Below, in pieces: positions 12,288 to 23,173 of a DNA stretch of 64,000 nucleotides. The DNA is taken from NCBI RefSeq assembly GCF_055900595.2, contig NZ_CM148325.1; one strand, given 5' to 3'. The position numbers were made by a program, and so were the translations under genes. How positions within the stretch are numbered: the stretch's first letter is position 1; each line of letters begins with the position of its first letter. Below the pieces are notes generated by a model. It was not told the DNA's origin. It ran no database searches and saw nothing but the letters and a program-made list of their open reading frames with translations.

Positions 12288-13036
12288 GTGCCATTGAAGT
12301 TAAGAACCTGGTGAAAAAATTTCACGGTCAGACGGTGCTGCACGGTATCGACCTCGAGGTAAAGCCTGGCGAAGTGGTGGCAATTATCGGTCCGAGTGGT
12401 TCCGGCAAAACCACGTTGCTACGCAGCATAAATCTGCTGGAACAACCGGAAGCGGGAACGATCACCGTTGGCGATATCACTATTGATACTGCACGTTCAT
12501 TAAGTCAGCAAAAATCGCTGATTCGCCAGTTGCGTCAGCACGTCGGGTTTGTCTTCCAGAACTATAATTTGTTTCCGCATCGTACGGTGCTGGAAAACAT
12601 TATTGAAGGGCCGGTGATCGTCAAAGGCGAACCGAAAGAAGAGGCCACGGCGCGCGCTCGCGAGCTGCTGGCGAAAGTTGGGCTGGCCGGTAAAGAAACC
12701 AGCTATCCACGTCGTTTGTCTGGCGGTCAACAGCAGCGTGTTGCGATTGCGCGAGCGCTGGCAATGCGTCCTGAGGTGATTTTGTTTGACGAGCCAACGT
12801 CGGCGCTGGATCCAGAGCTGGTGGGCGAGGTCCTGAACACCATCCGCCAGCTGGCGCAGGAAAAGCGCACGATGGTGATTGTGACGCACGAAATGAGCTT
12901 TGCCCGGGATGTTGCGGACCGGGCGATCTTTATGGACCAGGGGCGGATAGTCGAGCAGGGGGCCGCAAAAGCGTTATTTGCCGATCCCCAGCAGCCTCGC
13001 ACCCGCCAGTTCCTCGAGAAGTTTCTGCTGCAATAA
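12284..13036 (+). CDS. tcyN: Cystine ABC transporter ATP-binding protein TcyN (YecC)
   Basis: Track ORF 250 aa; Walker A GPSGSGKTT and ABC signature LSGGQQQRV; 4-nt overlap with tcyL. Confidence 0.93.
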   Translation: MSAIEVKNLVKKFHGQTVLHGIDLEVKPGEVVAIIGPSGSGKTTLLRSINLLEQPEAGTITVGDITIDTARSLSQQKSLIRQLRQHVGFVFQNYNLFPHRTVLENIIEGPVIVKGEPKEEATARARELLAKVGLAGKETSYPRRLSGGQQQRVAIARALAMRPEVILFDEPTSALDPELVGEVLNTIRQLAQEKRTMVIVTHEMSFARDVADRAIFMDQGRIVEQGAAKALFADPQQPRTRQFLEKFLLQ

Positions 13037-13265
13037 TAAGAAAAAATCAGCCCCGACGATTCACCTGTCGGGGCGGGACGCCATTTCAAACGTGATAAAA
13101 CTGCTTAACAAATCAGCATAACTCATTAATAACATAAGAGAATGCGATGGCTTGCAAAAGTAATTCATTGCCTGAATAATATAAATTATATATAAATCTT
13201 ATTTATGTGATAGTTTGAATTATCATTATAAATGATACTCACTCTCAGGGGCGTTGCGGTTTACT

Positions 13266-13988
13266 ATGCAGGATACGGATTTTTTCAGCTGGCGTCGCAC
13301 GATGCTGTTGCGTTTTCAGAGGATGGAGGCCGCAGAAGAGGTCTACCATGAAATAGAGCTTCAGGCTCAGCAGCTGGAGTACGATTACTATTCGTTATGT
13401 GTTCGCCACCCGGTACCATTCACGCGACCTAAAGTGGCTTTCTACACCAATTACCCTGAGGCGTGGGTTAGTTATTATCAGGCAAAAAACTTTCTCGCAA
13501 TTGATCCGGTGCTGAACCCTGAAAACTTTAGTCAGGGCCATTTAATGTGGAATGATGACTTATTCAGCGAAGCACAGCCGTTATGGGAAGCCGCGCGCGC
13601 ACATGGTTTACGCCGCGGTGTCACTCAGTATTTAATGCTGCCAAACCGGGCGTTGGGCTTTTTGTCCTTTTCCCGTAGCAGCGCGCGCGAAATACCCATT
13701 CTTAGTGATGAACTGCAATTAAAAATGCAGTTACTGGTGCGCGAAAGTCTGATGGCTCTGATGCGTTTAAATGATGAAATAGTGATGACGCCAGAGATGA
13801 ATTTCAGCAAGCGCGAAAAAGAAATTTTGAAATGGACGGCGGAAGGGAAGACATCAGCAGAGATAGCGATGATTTTGTCAATCTCTGAGAATACGGTCAA
13901 TTTTCATCAGAAAAACATGCAGAAAAAAATCAATGCACCGAATAAGACCCAGGTTGCCTGTTACGCGGCCGCTACTGGCTTAATTTGA
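13266..13988 (+). CDS. sdiA: LuxR-family AHL-responsive regulator SdiA
   Basis: Track ORF 13254..13988 trimmed to ATG 13266 (MQDTDFFSWRR...); matches K-12 SdiA (240 aa). Confidence 0.93.
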   Translation: MQDTDFFSWRRTMLLRFQRMEAAEEVYHEIELQAQQLEYDYYSLCVRHPVPFTRPKVAFYTNYPEAWVSYYQAKNFLAIDPVLNPENFSQGHLMWNDDLFSEAQPLWEAARAHGLRRGVTQYLMLPNRALGFLSFSRSSAREIPILSDELQLKMQLLVRESLMALMRLNDEIVMTPEMNFSKREKEILKWTAEGKTSAEIAMILSISENTVNFHQKNMQKKINAPNKTQVACYAAATGLI

Positions 13989-14016
13989 TCTCTTTTCTCT
14001 GTTACGTGCCAGATGC

Positions 14017-14052
14017 AAAAACCGGCTGAAAGGCACGCTCTCAGCCGGTTTT
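14017..14052. terminator. Bidirectional terminator between convergent sdiA and yecF
   Basis: AAAACCGGCTGA...TCAGCCGGTTTT hairpin with A-run upstream and T-run downstream. Confidence 0.8.
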
Positions 14053-14055
14053 ATA

Positions 14056-14280
14056 TTACTGACGGTAGGCTTGTTTAATTTGCTTAACCGTTTTGGAAAA
14101 TACTGCAGCCTGGGTTTCGTCTTCGATCAGCGCAAGCTGTTTTTCCATCTTTAACATCACGCGGCCCGCGTCAGCTTGTCCCATCGCCTGCAGCATCAGC
14201 GTCAGCATCGCTTTCAGGCAGGAGACTTCATTTGCCAGTTCTTGATTATTCTCGGCAGTAGAAAAATCAGGCGTACTCAT
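14056..14280 (-). CDS. yecF: Uncharacterised small protein YecF
   Basis: Track ORF 74 aa; matches K-12 YecF as recalled. Confidence 0.85.
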
Positions 14281-14738
14281 TTATTTTCCTCGTCATGTTG
14301 CAATGAAAATTTGCGGTGAAAAATGTTAAGGCGGCGGAGTATACCATAAGCTTTGCTAAAAATAGCAGTGGTTGTTTTTTGAGCGTGCCGTCAACGGTGC
14401 TATTAAATGTGTTAATATAATGACCAATAAATATTTTTATCATGAATGTTTTTTGCCCGTATTGTTCGGGTTAATTAATGTTACATATTCAGCGGGCTGA
14501 TTTTCATTTTTGCTGAATAAAGGTAATTTTTGTCACATTTCGTCGCAGGGCTTACTGTGAAACGATCCGGTAAGCCGTTGGTGACGGGCGTGACCATAAC
14601 TGTGGACAATCGAATTGACAAAAACGAGAGAAAAATCGAATACCCACCATTTTTAACGTTTCAAAGTTGCAATAAAAACCGCTAATATACGAATGACTAA
14701 CTATCAGTAGCGTTATCCCTATTTCTGGAGATATTCCT

Positions 14739-15395
14739 TTGATCAACGTTCTACTTGTTGATGACCACGAACTGGTGCGCGCAGGGATACGACGCATTCT
14801 GGAAGATATAAAGGGTATAAAAGTCGTCGGCGAGGCATCGTGCGGTGAAGACGCCGTTAAGTGGTGCCGGACAAATTCCGTTGACGTGGTGCTAATGGAC
14901 ATGAGTATGCCGGGCATTGGCGGCCTTGAGGCGACGCGCAAAATCGCGCGTTCCACAGCTGATGTCAAAATCATCATGCTTACGGTCCATACAGAAAACC
15001 CTTTACCAGCGAAAGTCATGCAGGCCGGTGCTGCGGGCTACCTCAGCAAAGGTGCGGCTCCGCAGGAAGTCGTGAGTGCGATCCGTTCTGTCTATTCAGG
15101 GCAGCGTTACATTGCTTCTGACATCGCTCAACAAATGGCATTAAGCCAGATCGAACCAGAAAAAACAGAAAGCCCATTTGCCAGTTTGTCTGAACGTGAA
15201 TTGCAGATTATGCTGATGATCACCAAGGGCCAGAAGGTCAATGAGATCTCAGAACAGCTCAATCTCAGTCCGAAAACGGTGAACAGCTACCGCTATCGTA
15301 TGTTCAGTAAACTAAACATTCATGGCGATGTTGAGCTGACTCACCTGGCAATTCGCCATGGTCTGTGTAATGCGGAGACATTATCAAGTCAGTGA
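14739..15395 (+). CDS. uvrY: Response regulator UvrY (BarA/UvrY two-component system)
   Basis: Track ORF 218 aa with TTG start; receiver domain plus LuxR-type HTH; matches K-12 UvrY. Confidence 0.95.
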
Positions 15396-17224
15396 GTGAT
15401 CAGTTTGACGCAAAAGCGTTTTTAAAAACCGTAACCAGCCAGCCAGGCGTTTATCGCATGTACGATGCTGGTGGTACGGTTATCTATGTCGGCAAAGCGA
15501 AAGACCTGAAAAAACGGCTTTCCAGCTATTTCCGCAGCAACCTCGCTTCGCGCAAAACCGAAGCGCTGGTCGCCCAGATCCAGCAAATTGATGTAACGGT
15601 TACTCACACAGAAACCGAAGCGCTGTTGCTGGAACACAACTACATCAAACTCTATCAGCCGCGTTACAACGTTTTGCTACGCGATGATAAATCTTATCCT
15701 TTTATCTTCCTGAGTGGCGATACCCACCCGCGTCTGGCGATGCATCGTGGTGCGAAGCATGCCAAAGGTGAATATTTCGGCCCGTTCCCGAATGGCTATG
15801 CCGTACGTGAAACACTGGCGCTACTGCAAAAGATATTCCCCATTCGCCAGTGCGAAAATAGTGTTTATCGTAATCGCTCGCGTCCGTGTCTGCAATATCA
15901 GATAGGGCGCTGTCTGGGACCGTGCGTTGAAGGACTGGTGAGTGAAGAAGAATACGCTCAGCAGGTCGAGTATGTGCGCCTGTTTTTGTCTGGCAAAGAT
16001 GATCAGGTGCTTACGCAACTGATTAGCCGTATGGAAACTGCCAGCCAGAATCTGGAGTTTGAAGAAGCGGCACGTATTCGCGACCAAATTCAGGCGGTGC
16101 GACGCGTCACCGAAAAACAGTTTGTTTCCAATACCGGCGACGACCTCGACGTTATTGGTGTGGCGTTCGATGCGGGCATGGCTTGTGTCCACGTATTGTT
16201 CATTCGTCAGGGCAAAGTGCTCGGCAGCCGCAGCTATTTCCCGAAAGTGCCTGGCGGTACGGAACTGAGCGAGGTGGTAGAAACCTTCGTAGGCCAGTTC
16301 TATTTACAAGGCAGCCAGATGCGCACCTTACCGGGTGAGATCCTGCTCGATTTTAATCTTAGCGATAAAACGCTGCTCGCCGATTCCCTTTCAGAACTGG
16401 CGGGACGCAAGATTAATGTTCAAACCAAACCTCGCGGCGATAGGGCGCGTTATCTGAAACTCGCGCGCACCAATGCGGCGACGGCCTTAACCAGCAAACT
16501 TTCGCAGCAATCTACCGTTCACCAGCGACTGACCGCGCTTGCCAGCGTGTTGAAATTGCCGGAAGTGAAGCGGATGGAGTGCTTTGACATCAGCCATACC
16601 ATGGGCGAACAAACCGTCGCTTCCTGTGTGGTGTTTGATGCTAACGGCCCGCTGCGTGCGGAGTATCGGCGCTATAACATTACAGGCATCACGCCGGGCG
16701 ATGATTATGCGGCGATGAATCAGGTGCTGCGTCGGCGTTATGGTAAAGCCATTGACGACAGTAAGATCCCGGATGTGATCCTTATCGACGGCGGCAAAGG
16801 CCAGCTTGCGCAGGCGAAAAATGTCTTCGCCGAACTGGATGTCTCATGGGATAAAAATCATCCACTGCTACTTGGCGTTGCCAAAGGAGCAGATCGTAAG
16901 GCTGGGCTGGAAACACTGTTCTTTGAGCCGGAAGGTGAGGGATTCAGTTTGCCGCCAGATTCTCCCGCGCTGCATGTTATCCAGCATATTCGCGATGAAT
17001 CACACGATCACGCGATTGGCGGGCACCGTAAAAAACGGGCGAAGGTCAAAAATACCAGCTCCCTGGAAACCATTGAAGGCGTCGGGCCAAAACGTCGGCA
17101 AATGTTGTTGAAATATATGGGCGGTTTGCAAGGTTTACGTAACGCCAGCGTCGAGGAAATTGCAAAAGTGCCGGGTATTTCGCAAGGTCTGGCAGAAAAG
17201 ATCTTCTGGTCGTTGAAACATTGA
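15392..17224 (+). CDS. uvrC: Excinuclease ABC subunit C (UvrC)
   Basis: Track ORF 610 aa, GTG start overlapping uvrY stop; matches K-12 UvrC. Confidence 0.95.
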
Positions 17225-17280
17225 TGTCTCTGTAGCAACATAGGGGTAATCTTACTGACAACAGATAGTTACCCGTCATT

Positions 17281-17829
17281 ATGCAATTTAATATCCCTAC
17301 GTTGCTTACACTGTTCCGTGTCATCCTTATCCCATTCTTTGTATTGGTCTTTTATCTGCCTGTCACCTGGTCGCCGTTTGCCGCCGCGCTCATTTTCTGC
17401 GTCGCGGCGGTGACTGACTGGTTCGATGGTTTTCTGGCACGCCGCTGGAACCAGAGTACCCGGTTTGGTGCTTTCCTTGACCCTGTAGCAGATAAAGTTC
17501 TCGTGGCTATCGCCATGGTGCTGGTAACCGAGCATTATCACAGCTGGTGGGTGACCCTACCGGCGGCAACGATGATCGCCCGTGAAATTATTATTTCTGC
17601 GCTACGCGAATGGATGGCGGAGTTGGGTAAACGCAGTAGCGTGGCTGTCTCCTGGATTGGGAAAGTGAAAACCACTGCCCAGATGGTGGCGTTGGCCTGG
17701 CTGCTGTGGCGTCCGAACATTTGGGTTGAGTACGCCGGTATTGCACTTTTCTTTGTGGCTGCGGTACTGACTCTGTGGTCAATGTTGCAATATTTGAGCG
17801 CTGCGCGTGCAGATTTGCTTGATCAGTGA
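17281..17829 (+). CDS. pgsA: CDP-diacylglycerol--glycerol-3-phosphate 3-phosphatidyltransferase PgsA
   Basis: Track ORF 182 aa; matches K-12 PgsA. Confidence 0.95.
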
Positions 17830-17879
17830 TCGTTTCGGCGTAATTTTCAGCAAACGATCAAAAGTGGTGAAAAATATCG

Positions 17880-17907
17880 TTGACTCATCGCGCCAGGTAA
17901 GTAGAAT
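17880..17907 (+). promoter_or_regulatory. sigma70 promoter of the glyW-cysT-leuZ tRNA operon
   Basis: TTGACT-N16-TAGAAT about 70 nt upstream of tRNA-Gly. Confidence 0.7.
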
Positions 17908-17980
17908 GCAACGCATCGAACGGCGGCACTGATTGCCAGACGATAATAAAATCAAGTGATTAACTGATTGCTTGATGAAT

Positions 17981-18056
<76 letters not shown>

Positions 18057-18110
18057 GTTTAAAAGACATCGGCCTCAAGCGGATGTCTGGCTGAAAGGCC
18101 TGAAGAATTT

Positions 18111-18184
18111 GGCGCGTTAACAAAGCGGTTATGTAGCGGATTGCAAATCCGTCTAGTCCGGTTCGACTCCGGAACGCGCCTCCA
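18111..18184 (+). tRNA. cysT: tRNA-Cys (anticodon GCA)
   Basis: 74 nt GGCGCGTTAACAAAGCGGTTATGTAGCGGATTGCAAATCCG...CGCGCCTCCA. Confidence 0.97.
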
Positions 18185-18196
18185 CTTTCTTCCCGA

Positions 18197-18283
18197 GCCC
18201 GGATGGTGGAATCGGTAGACACAAGGGATTTAAAATCCCTCGGCGTTCGCGCTGTGCGGGTTCAAGTCCCGCTCCGGGTACCA
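18197..18283 (+). tRNA. leuZ: tRNA-Leu (anticodon UAA), long variable arm
   Basis: 87 nt GCCCGGATGGTGGAATCGGTAGACACAAGGGATTTAAAATCCC...GGGTACCA. Confidence 0.97.
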
Positions 18284-18326
18284 TGGGAAAGATAAGAATA
18301 AAATCAAAGCAATAAGCAGTGTCGTG

Positions 18327-18350
18327 AAACCACCTTCGGGTGGTTTTTTT
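18327..18350 (+). terminator. Rho-independent terminator of the tRNA operon
   Basis: AAACCACC-TTCG-GGTGGTTT hairpin followed by T-run. Confidence 0.85.
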
Positions 18351-18478
18351 GTGCCTGCAACTTGTCGTTACACCCTCCTTAATTTTTAATCACCAGCAAA
18401 GCCACTCAAAAAGTATCTCTGATACGGACCGGCATGTAAGATAGGTGCTGGCGAGTTGAGATCCACAAGGAAAAGCGT

Positions 18479-19144
18479 ATGAAAACGGGACCGTTAAACG
18501 AAAGTGAGTTGGAATGGCTGGACGATATTCTGACCAAATACAACACTGACCACGCCATCCTTGATGTGGCGGAGCTGGACGGTTTATTGACGGCGGTGTT
18601 GAGTTCTCCGCAAGAGATTGAACCGGCACAGTGGCTGGTTGCCGTGTGGGGTGGGGCTGACTATGTGCCGCGCTGGGCGTCAGAGAAAGAGATGACGCGC
18701 TTTATGAATCTGGCTTTTCAACATATGGCCGATACCGCAGAGCGTCTGAACGAATTCCCGGAGCAGTTTGAGCCGTTATTCGGCTTGCGAGAAGTTGATG
18801 GCAGCGAGCTGACGATTGTTGAGGAGTGGTGCTTTGGCTATATGCGGGGCGTGGCACTTTCTGACTGGTCAACGTTGCCCGATTCGTTAAAACCAGCGCT
18901 GGAGGCGATTGCGCTGCACGGTACTGAGGAAAACTTCGAGCGGGTAGAGAAAATGTCGCCAGAAGCGTTTGAAGAGAGCGTAGATGCCATTCGACTGGCG
19001 GCGCTTGATCTACATGCGTACTGGATGGCGCATCCGCAGGAAAAAGCTGTTCAGCAACCGATCAAAGCAGAAGAGAAACCGGGGCGTAACGATCCTTGCC
19101 CGTGCGGTAGTGGTAAGAAATTTAAGCAGTGCTGCCTGCATTAA
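18479..19144 (+). CDS. yecA: UPF0149 family protein YecA with C-terminal SEC-C zinc motif
   Basis: Track ORF 221 aa; C-terminal [13 protein letters not shown]; matches K-12 YecA. Confidence 0.9.
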   Translation: MKTGPLNESELEWLDDILTKYNTDHAILDVAELDGLLTAVLSSPQEIEPAQWLVAVWGGADYVPRWASEKEMTRFMNLAFQHMADTAERLNEFPEQFEPLFGLREVDGSELTIVEEWCFGYMRGVALSDWSTLPDSLKPALEAIALHGTEENFERVEKMSPEAFEESVDAIRLAALDLHAYWMAHPQEKAVQQPIKAEEKPGRNDPCPCGSGKKFKQCCLH

Positions 19145-19152
19145 GAGGTCAA

Positions 19153-19184
19153 ATTGGGTGTCAGCGTTAATTCTGGCACCCAAT
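19153..19184. terminator. Hairpin between convergent yecA and tyrP
   Basis: 8-bp stem ATTGGGTG/CACCCAAT with 16-nt loop. Confidence 0.55.
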
Positions 19185-19205
19185 AAGGAATTTGAGGCTA
19201 TCTGA

Positions 19206-20417
19206 TCACCCCACTTCTGGTAACAACCCTGCCGCAATCAAAAATTGCACGCCAATCACAGCAATACCACAGAGAAACACCACCACCAGCGCCGGACGAC
19301 CACCTTTCACCCGGTAACCCGCCTGAGGATTGTGCTTTCTGCTTTGCCAGGTCAACAGCGAAGGGATAATCAATGCCAGTACCGCCAGCGCCACACCGGC
19401 GTAACCCAGCGCCATCACAAATCCTCGTGGATAAAACAGTGCAAACGCCAACGGCGGCAGAAAGGTAATTGCACCAGTTTGCAACCGTCCACCAACGGTA
19501 TTTGAACGCTGAAATAAATCAGCCAGATAATCAAATAAGCCTAACGCAACGCCGAGAAATGACGTGGCGAGGGCTAAATCAGCAAATAAATGCACTGCCA
19601 GCTCAACATGCGGAGAGGCCACCATTTCGCGTAACGCCTGTAACAGCCCGTTTAATCCAGCATGATTAGCCAGCAATCCCATAAAGGTTGTTGAATCAAT
19701 GCTGCCAAGCGTTGCCACCTGCCAGAAAATATATGCCACCAGGGGGATCGCACTACCGGTTATAAACACCCAGCGTAGCTTACGAACGTTGCCATCCATA
19801 TAGCTGACAATACTCGGCACGCTACCGTGAAAACCAAATGAGGTAAAAATCACCGGGATTGCTGACAGAGCCAGCCCCTGTTGCAACGGCAGGGTTAAAA
19901 GATTCACTTTGTGAATATGCGGTAGTAGCAATACCAGCATCACCACCAGAAAAATAATTTTGGCGCTGAACAGAAAACGGTTAAATAAATCGACCAGCGA
20001 TGTTCCAACACAAACCACGCCACCGGCAACAAAAGTGAACAACAGCACGCCAGCGGTTGCCGACATTGAAATACCTGTCCAGTCGCTGATGCTGGAGGCC
20101 AACAATTCACCGGCACCGCTGATGTATGCCGCAGTCAGAGCATACATTAAGAACATCATACTGAAGCCCGTCAGCCATTGACCGTAGCGTCCCAGATAGC
20201 GTTTTGCCAGCGTGCCTAGACCGGTATCTGCCGGAACATGCTGGTACACCTCCAGCAGTAATAGCGCCGTGTAGCACATCAACGCCCAAAGCCCAATCAA
20301 CAAGATTAACGTAACGCTAAAACCAACACCGGCCGCAGCCAGCGGCATTGCCAGCATGCCTGCGCCAATTGTGGTTCCCGCCACGATAAAAACACTTCCC
20401 AGGGTTCTGTTTTTCAC
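19206..20417 (-). CDS. tyrP: Tyrosine-specific transporter TyrP
   Basis: Track ORF 403 aa; matches K-12 TyrP. Confidence 0.93.
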   Translation of the reverse strand: MKNRTLGSVFIVAGTTIGAGMLAMPLAAAGVGFSVTLILLIGLWALMCYTALLLLEVYQHVPADTGLGTLAKRYLGRYGQWLTGFSMMFLMYALTAAYISGAGELLASSISDWTGISMSATAGVLLFTFVAGGVVCVGTSLVDLFNRFLFSAKIIFLVVMLVLLLPHIHKVNLLTLPLQQGLALSAIPVIFTSFGFHGSVPSIVSYMDGNVRKLRWVFITGSAIPLVAYIFWQVATLGSIDSTTFMGLLANHAGLNGLLQALREMVASPHVELAVHLFADLALATSFLGVALGLFDYLADLFQRSNTVGGRLQTGAITFLPPLAFALFYPRGFVMALGYAGVALAVLALIIPSLLTWQSRKHNPQAGYRVKGGRPALVVVFLCGIAVIGVQFLIAAGLLPEVG

Positions 20418-20508
20418 GCTTTCTTCTGTCCTGACGATCTTTATGAGTGATATCTGCGGCGCAGGTTAAGGCATAACGGCTGCTTCGTCAAACCGACGTT
20501 ACATATGG

Positions 20509-20526
20509 TGTAAATATAAATGTACA
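20509..20526 (-). promoter_or_regulatory. TyrR box in the tyrP promoter
   Basis: TGTAAA-TATAAA-TGTACA matches TyrR consensus TGTAAA-N6-TTTACA; weaker adjacent box CGTCAA-N6-GTTACA at 20486-20503. Confidence 0.7.
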
Positions 20527-20607
20527 ATAAAAAGCATTCAGTCCTGCGCTGGCGCAAAGTCTTCATAAGCGGCAATCGCTACGCTAGGCTTTTTTTGAGG
20601 AGGGACG

Positions 20608-20847
20608 ATGGACTCTATTCACGGTCATGAAGTGTTAAATATGATGATTGAATCAGGCGAGCAATATACGCATGCCAGTCTGGAAGCTGCGATTAAAGCG
20701 CGTTTTGGTGAACAGGCACGTTTTCACACCTGCTCGGCAGAAGGGATGACAGCGGGAGAGCTGGTAGCGTTTCTGGCAGCAAAAGGCAAATTTATACCTT
20801 CGAAAGACGGTTTTTCGACCGATCAGAGTAAGATTTGCCGTCACTGA
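20608..20847 (+). CDS. yecH: Uncharacterised protein YecH
   Basis: Track ORF 79 aa; matches K-12 YecH as recalled. Confidence 0.85.
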   Translation: MDSIHGHEVLNMMIESGEQYTHASLEAAIKARFGEQARFHTCSAEGMTAGELVAFLAAKGKFIPSKDGFSTDQSKICRH

Positions 20848-20854
20848 TTTGAAA

Positions 20855-20877
20855 CGGCGGCAGTAAACCTGCCGCCG
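20855..20877. terminator. Hairpin between convergent yecH and ftnA
   Basis: CGGCGGCAG-TAAAC-CTGCCGCCG, 9-bp GC-rich stem. Confidence 0.6.
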
Positions 20878-20884
20878 GAGAGCA

Positions 20885-21382
20885 TTAGTTTTGTGTGTCG
20901 AGGGTAGAGAGTTCTTTGTCGATAAAATACAGACCTTCGCCGCTTTTGCCTGCCAGGCTTAATTTATCAATAATCGATTTGAACAGTTTCTCTTCTTCAT
21001 GCTGCTCAGAAACATACCATTGCAGGAAATTAAATGTTGGGTAGTCCTGATTGGTCATTGCAGCATGAGCCAGTTCGTTAATTTTCTGGGTGATTAATTG
21101 TTCGTGTTTATAGGTTTCCTGGAATAATTCATCAAGTGAGGAATATTCAGCAAACGGAGATTCAACGGTATTAATACGCGGTAAATTGCCGGTATCAGTC
21201 AGGTAATCAAACAGACGCTGCATATGCGTCATCTCTTCCTGGGCGTGACGGCGCAGGAACGCGGCAGCACCTTCGAAGGTATGATAGCTGCACCAGGCGC
21301 TCATTTGCTGATAAAGCAGTGAAGAGTACAGTTCCAGGTTCATCTGCTCATTAAGTTTTTCAATCATTTCTGGTTTCAGCAT
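20885..21382 (-). CDS. ftnA: Ferritin FtnA
   Basis: Track ORF 20885..21397 trimmed to ATG 21382 ([13 protein letters not shown]...); matches K-12 FtnA (165 aa). Confidence 0.93.
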
Positions 21383-21552
21383 GATAGTGCTCCACAAAGG
21401 TTATATTTGTTGCTGTGGCGTCACTATAATTTGTTATTTTATTATTTGCAAAAGGTAAAATATAAACTTCAATTATTAAAAATACGAATGGGAATAAAAC
21501 GCATTACCGCTATTTCTTTAATCAGCGAAGATCCCCTCGCTGATTAAAATAT

Positions 21553-21876
21553 TTAGAGAAAGACAGGGAAGGCGGAATGATGGCACTGATATGACAAAGT
21601 GAATTCCGTATTCAAACATAAGGAACCCGCAAAAAGGCTACAGTTGCCTACTGGCTGACCAAAGGGGACCGCGTGGGTATAGCCTTCCTGCTGGCATGCG
21701 CGATCGGCGATCCCGCGACTGACATAACGATCGGTATGGGCATGCTGCAAAAAAGCCTGGTCATAAACCAACCGTACAATACCTGTTGCCGCGTCAACTT
21801 CGCTCACATGGGCCTGGCGAGTAACCGTACACCCCGCCAGCGTTATTAATGAAAGAGTCAGAATCAGAAGTCTCAT
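21553..21876 (-). CDS. yecR: Lipoprotein YecR
   Basis: Track ORF 107 aa; lipobox LAGC; matches K-12 YecR. Confidence 0.85.
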   Translation of the reverse strand: MRLLILTLSLITLAGCTVTRQAHVSEVDAATGIVRLVYDQAFLQHAHTDRYVSRGIADRACQQEGYTHAVPFGQPVGNCSLFAGSLCLNTEFTLSYQCHHSAFPVFL

Positions 21877-22040
21877 GGTCCAGCCAGAAGAGTAAGAGAA
21901 AGCACTATTTTACGCGTTACAGCGCTGCGACAATGGCCGGAAAAGACGCCTGGCAGGCGCTATTTCTTGCCATCTGTAGGTGTCAGAAATAGGGGGGCTG
22001 TTTTTTGATTATCATTTTTATAACATTAAAGGAGTATTTA

Positions 22041-22056
22041 TGTGATTTGTATCACA
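22041..22056 (+). promoter_or_regulatory. CRP binding site upstream of azuC
   Basis: TGTGA-TTTGTA-TCACA, perfect match to both CRP half-sites; about 85 nt upstream of the azuC ATG. Confidence 0.7.
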
Positions 22057-22138
22057 TAAAGATTGATTTTTGTGATGGTTGTCATATTATAAGCGCAAAG
22101 ACAATAACACCTGTATAACAAATGGTCGGAGTGCCGCG

Positions 22139-22225
22139 ATGAAACTGCGCAAAATCCTGAAAAGTATGTTCAATAACTATTGCAAGACGTTCAAAGACGT
22201 ACCGCCAGGCAATATGTTCCGATAA
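22139..22225 (+). CDS. azuC: Small membrane-associated protein AzuC (28 aa); mRNA also acts as the dual-function sRNA AzuCR
   Basis: ATG at 22139 translates MKLRKILKSMFNNYCKTFKDVPPGNMFR then TAA; below the ORF-track size cutoff; followed by an intrinsic terminator. Confidence 0.8.
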   Translation: MKLRKILKSMFNNYCKTFKDVPPGNMFR

Positions 22226-22226
22226 T

Positions 22227-22253
22227 AAAAAACCTGCTCCGGCAGGTTTTTTT
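22227..22253 (+). terminator. Rho-independent terminator of azuC
   Basis: CCTGC-TCCG-GCAGG hairpin followed by TTTTTTT. Confidence 0.8.
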
Positions 22254-22339
22254 GTGTCCTGATGACGGTGGATGTGACTATCGCTGAAGATGTGAAGCCG
22301 CTACTATAACGGCTTTCAAAATGCTATCAGGAGTTTACG

Positions 22340-22591
22340 ATGTCCCAGCCGCTGAATGCCGATCAGGAACTGGTTTCTGATGTGGTTGCTTGCCAGTTGG
22401 TTATCAAACAAATTCTGGATGTTCTCGATGTAATCGCGCCCGTTGAAGTTCGTGAAAAAATGTCCAGTCAGCTGAAGAATATCGACTTTACTAACCATCC
22501 CGCCGCCGCAGACCCGGTCACCATGCGGGCAATCCAAAAAGCCATCGCGCTTATTGAACTCAAGTTTACCCCACAGGGTGAATCCCATTAA
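22340..22591 (+). CDS. yecJ: Uncharacterised protein YecJ
   Basis: Track ORF 83 aa; matches K-12 YecJ as recalled. Confidence 0.85.
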
Positions 22592-22595
22592 AAAA

Positions 22596-22625
22596 ACCGC
22601 TGCTTCAAACAGATGAGGCAGCGGT
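22596..22625. terminator. Bidirectional terminator between convergent yecJ and ftnB
   Basis: ACCGCTGC...GCAGCGGT hairpin with A-run upstream and T-rich downstream. Confidence 0.7.
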
Positions 22626-22669
22626 TTCTCAAAACCTTCATCGGCGCAATGCATTAGCGCCGATGATGA

Positions 22670-23173
22670 TCAATGCAGCTGGTGTGACACGACATTCAGA
22701 ACATGTTGGTCGGTCTGCACAGGGCACATACCCGCAAGTTTCGCACTGCGCACTTCATCAAGAATGGTTTGCAGCAACAGACCATCATGCTGCTGTTCTT
22801 TTTCCAGATCGCGCAGGAAATTGACGGTTGAATCATCATTCAGTTCTTTCGCTTCATCGGCTAACTGTGCCAACGTACTAGAACGTTGCTCGTATTCTTC
22901 CATCGTTTTTTGGAACAGTTCTTCCAGAGAGTTCAGTTTTTCACCGGGAACATCAATGGCTTTAACGATGGGGGTAGCGCCGACACTCTTCATAAAGTTA
23001 AACATGCGCATCATTTGGGTCACATTACTCTGTGCCTGGGCGCGAAGGAAAGTGGCGGTGCCGTTCAGACTCTGTTCAGAACACCAGTTACTCAGGTGAA
23101 GGTAGAGATTGGATGCGTAAAACTCGCGGTTCATTTGAGAGTTGAGTTTGAGAAGCATTCCAGCGGTTGCCAT
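22670..23173 (-). CDS. ftnB: Ferritin-like protein FtnB (YecI)
   Basis: Track ORF 167 aa; ferritin-like fold, paralogue of ftnA; matches K-12 FtnB. Confidence 0.9.
   Translation of the reverse strand: MATAGMLLKLNSQMNREFYASNLYLHLSNWCSEQSLNGTATFLRAQAQSNVTQMMRMFNFMKSVGATPIVKAIDVPGEKLNSLEELFQKTMEEYEQRSSTLAQLADEAKELNDDSTVNFLRDLEKEQQHDGLLLQTILDEVRSAKLAGMCPVQTDQHVLNVVSHQLH

Noticed and set aside
14281-14738. Possible LexA box in the uvrY/uvrC upstream region
   Set aside because: No convincing CTGT-N8-ACAG match found by eye.
21511-21537. Hairpin AATCAGCGA...TCGCTGATT between ftnA and yecR
   Set aside because: No U-tract on either strand and it lies in the ftnA promoter region; function undetermined.
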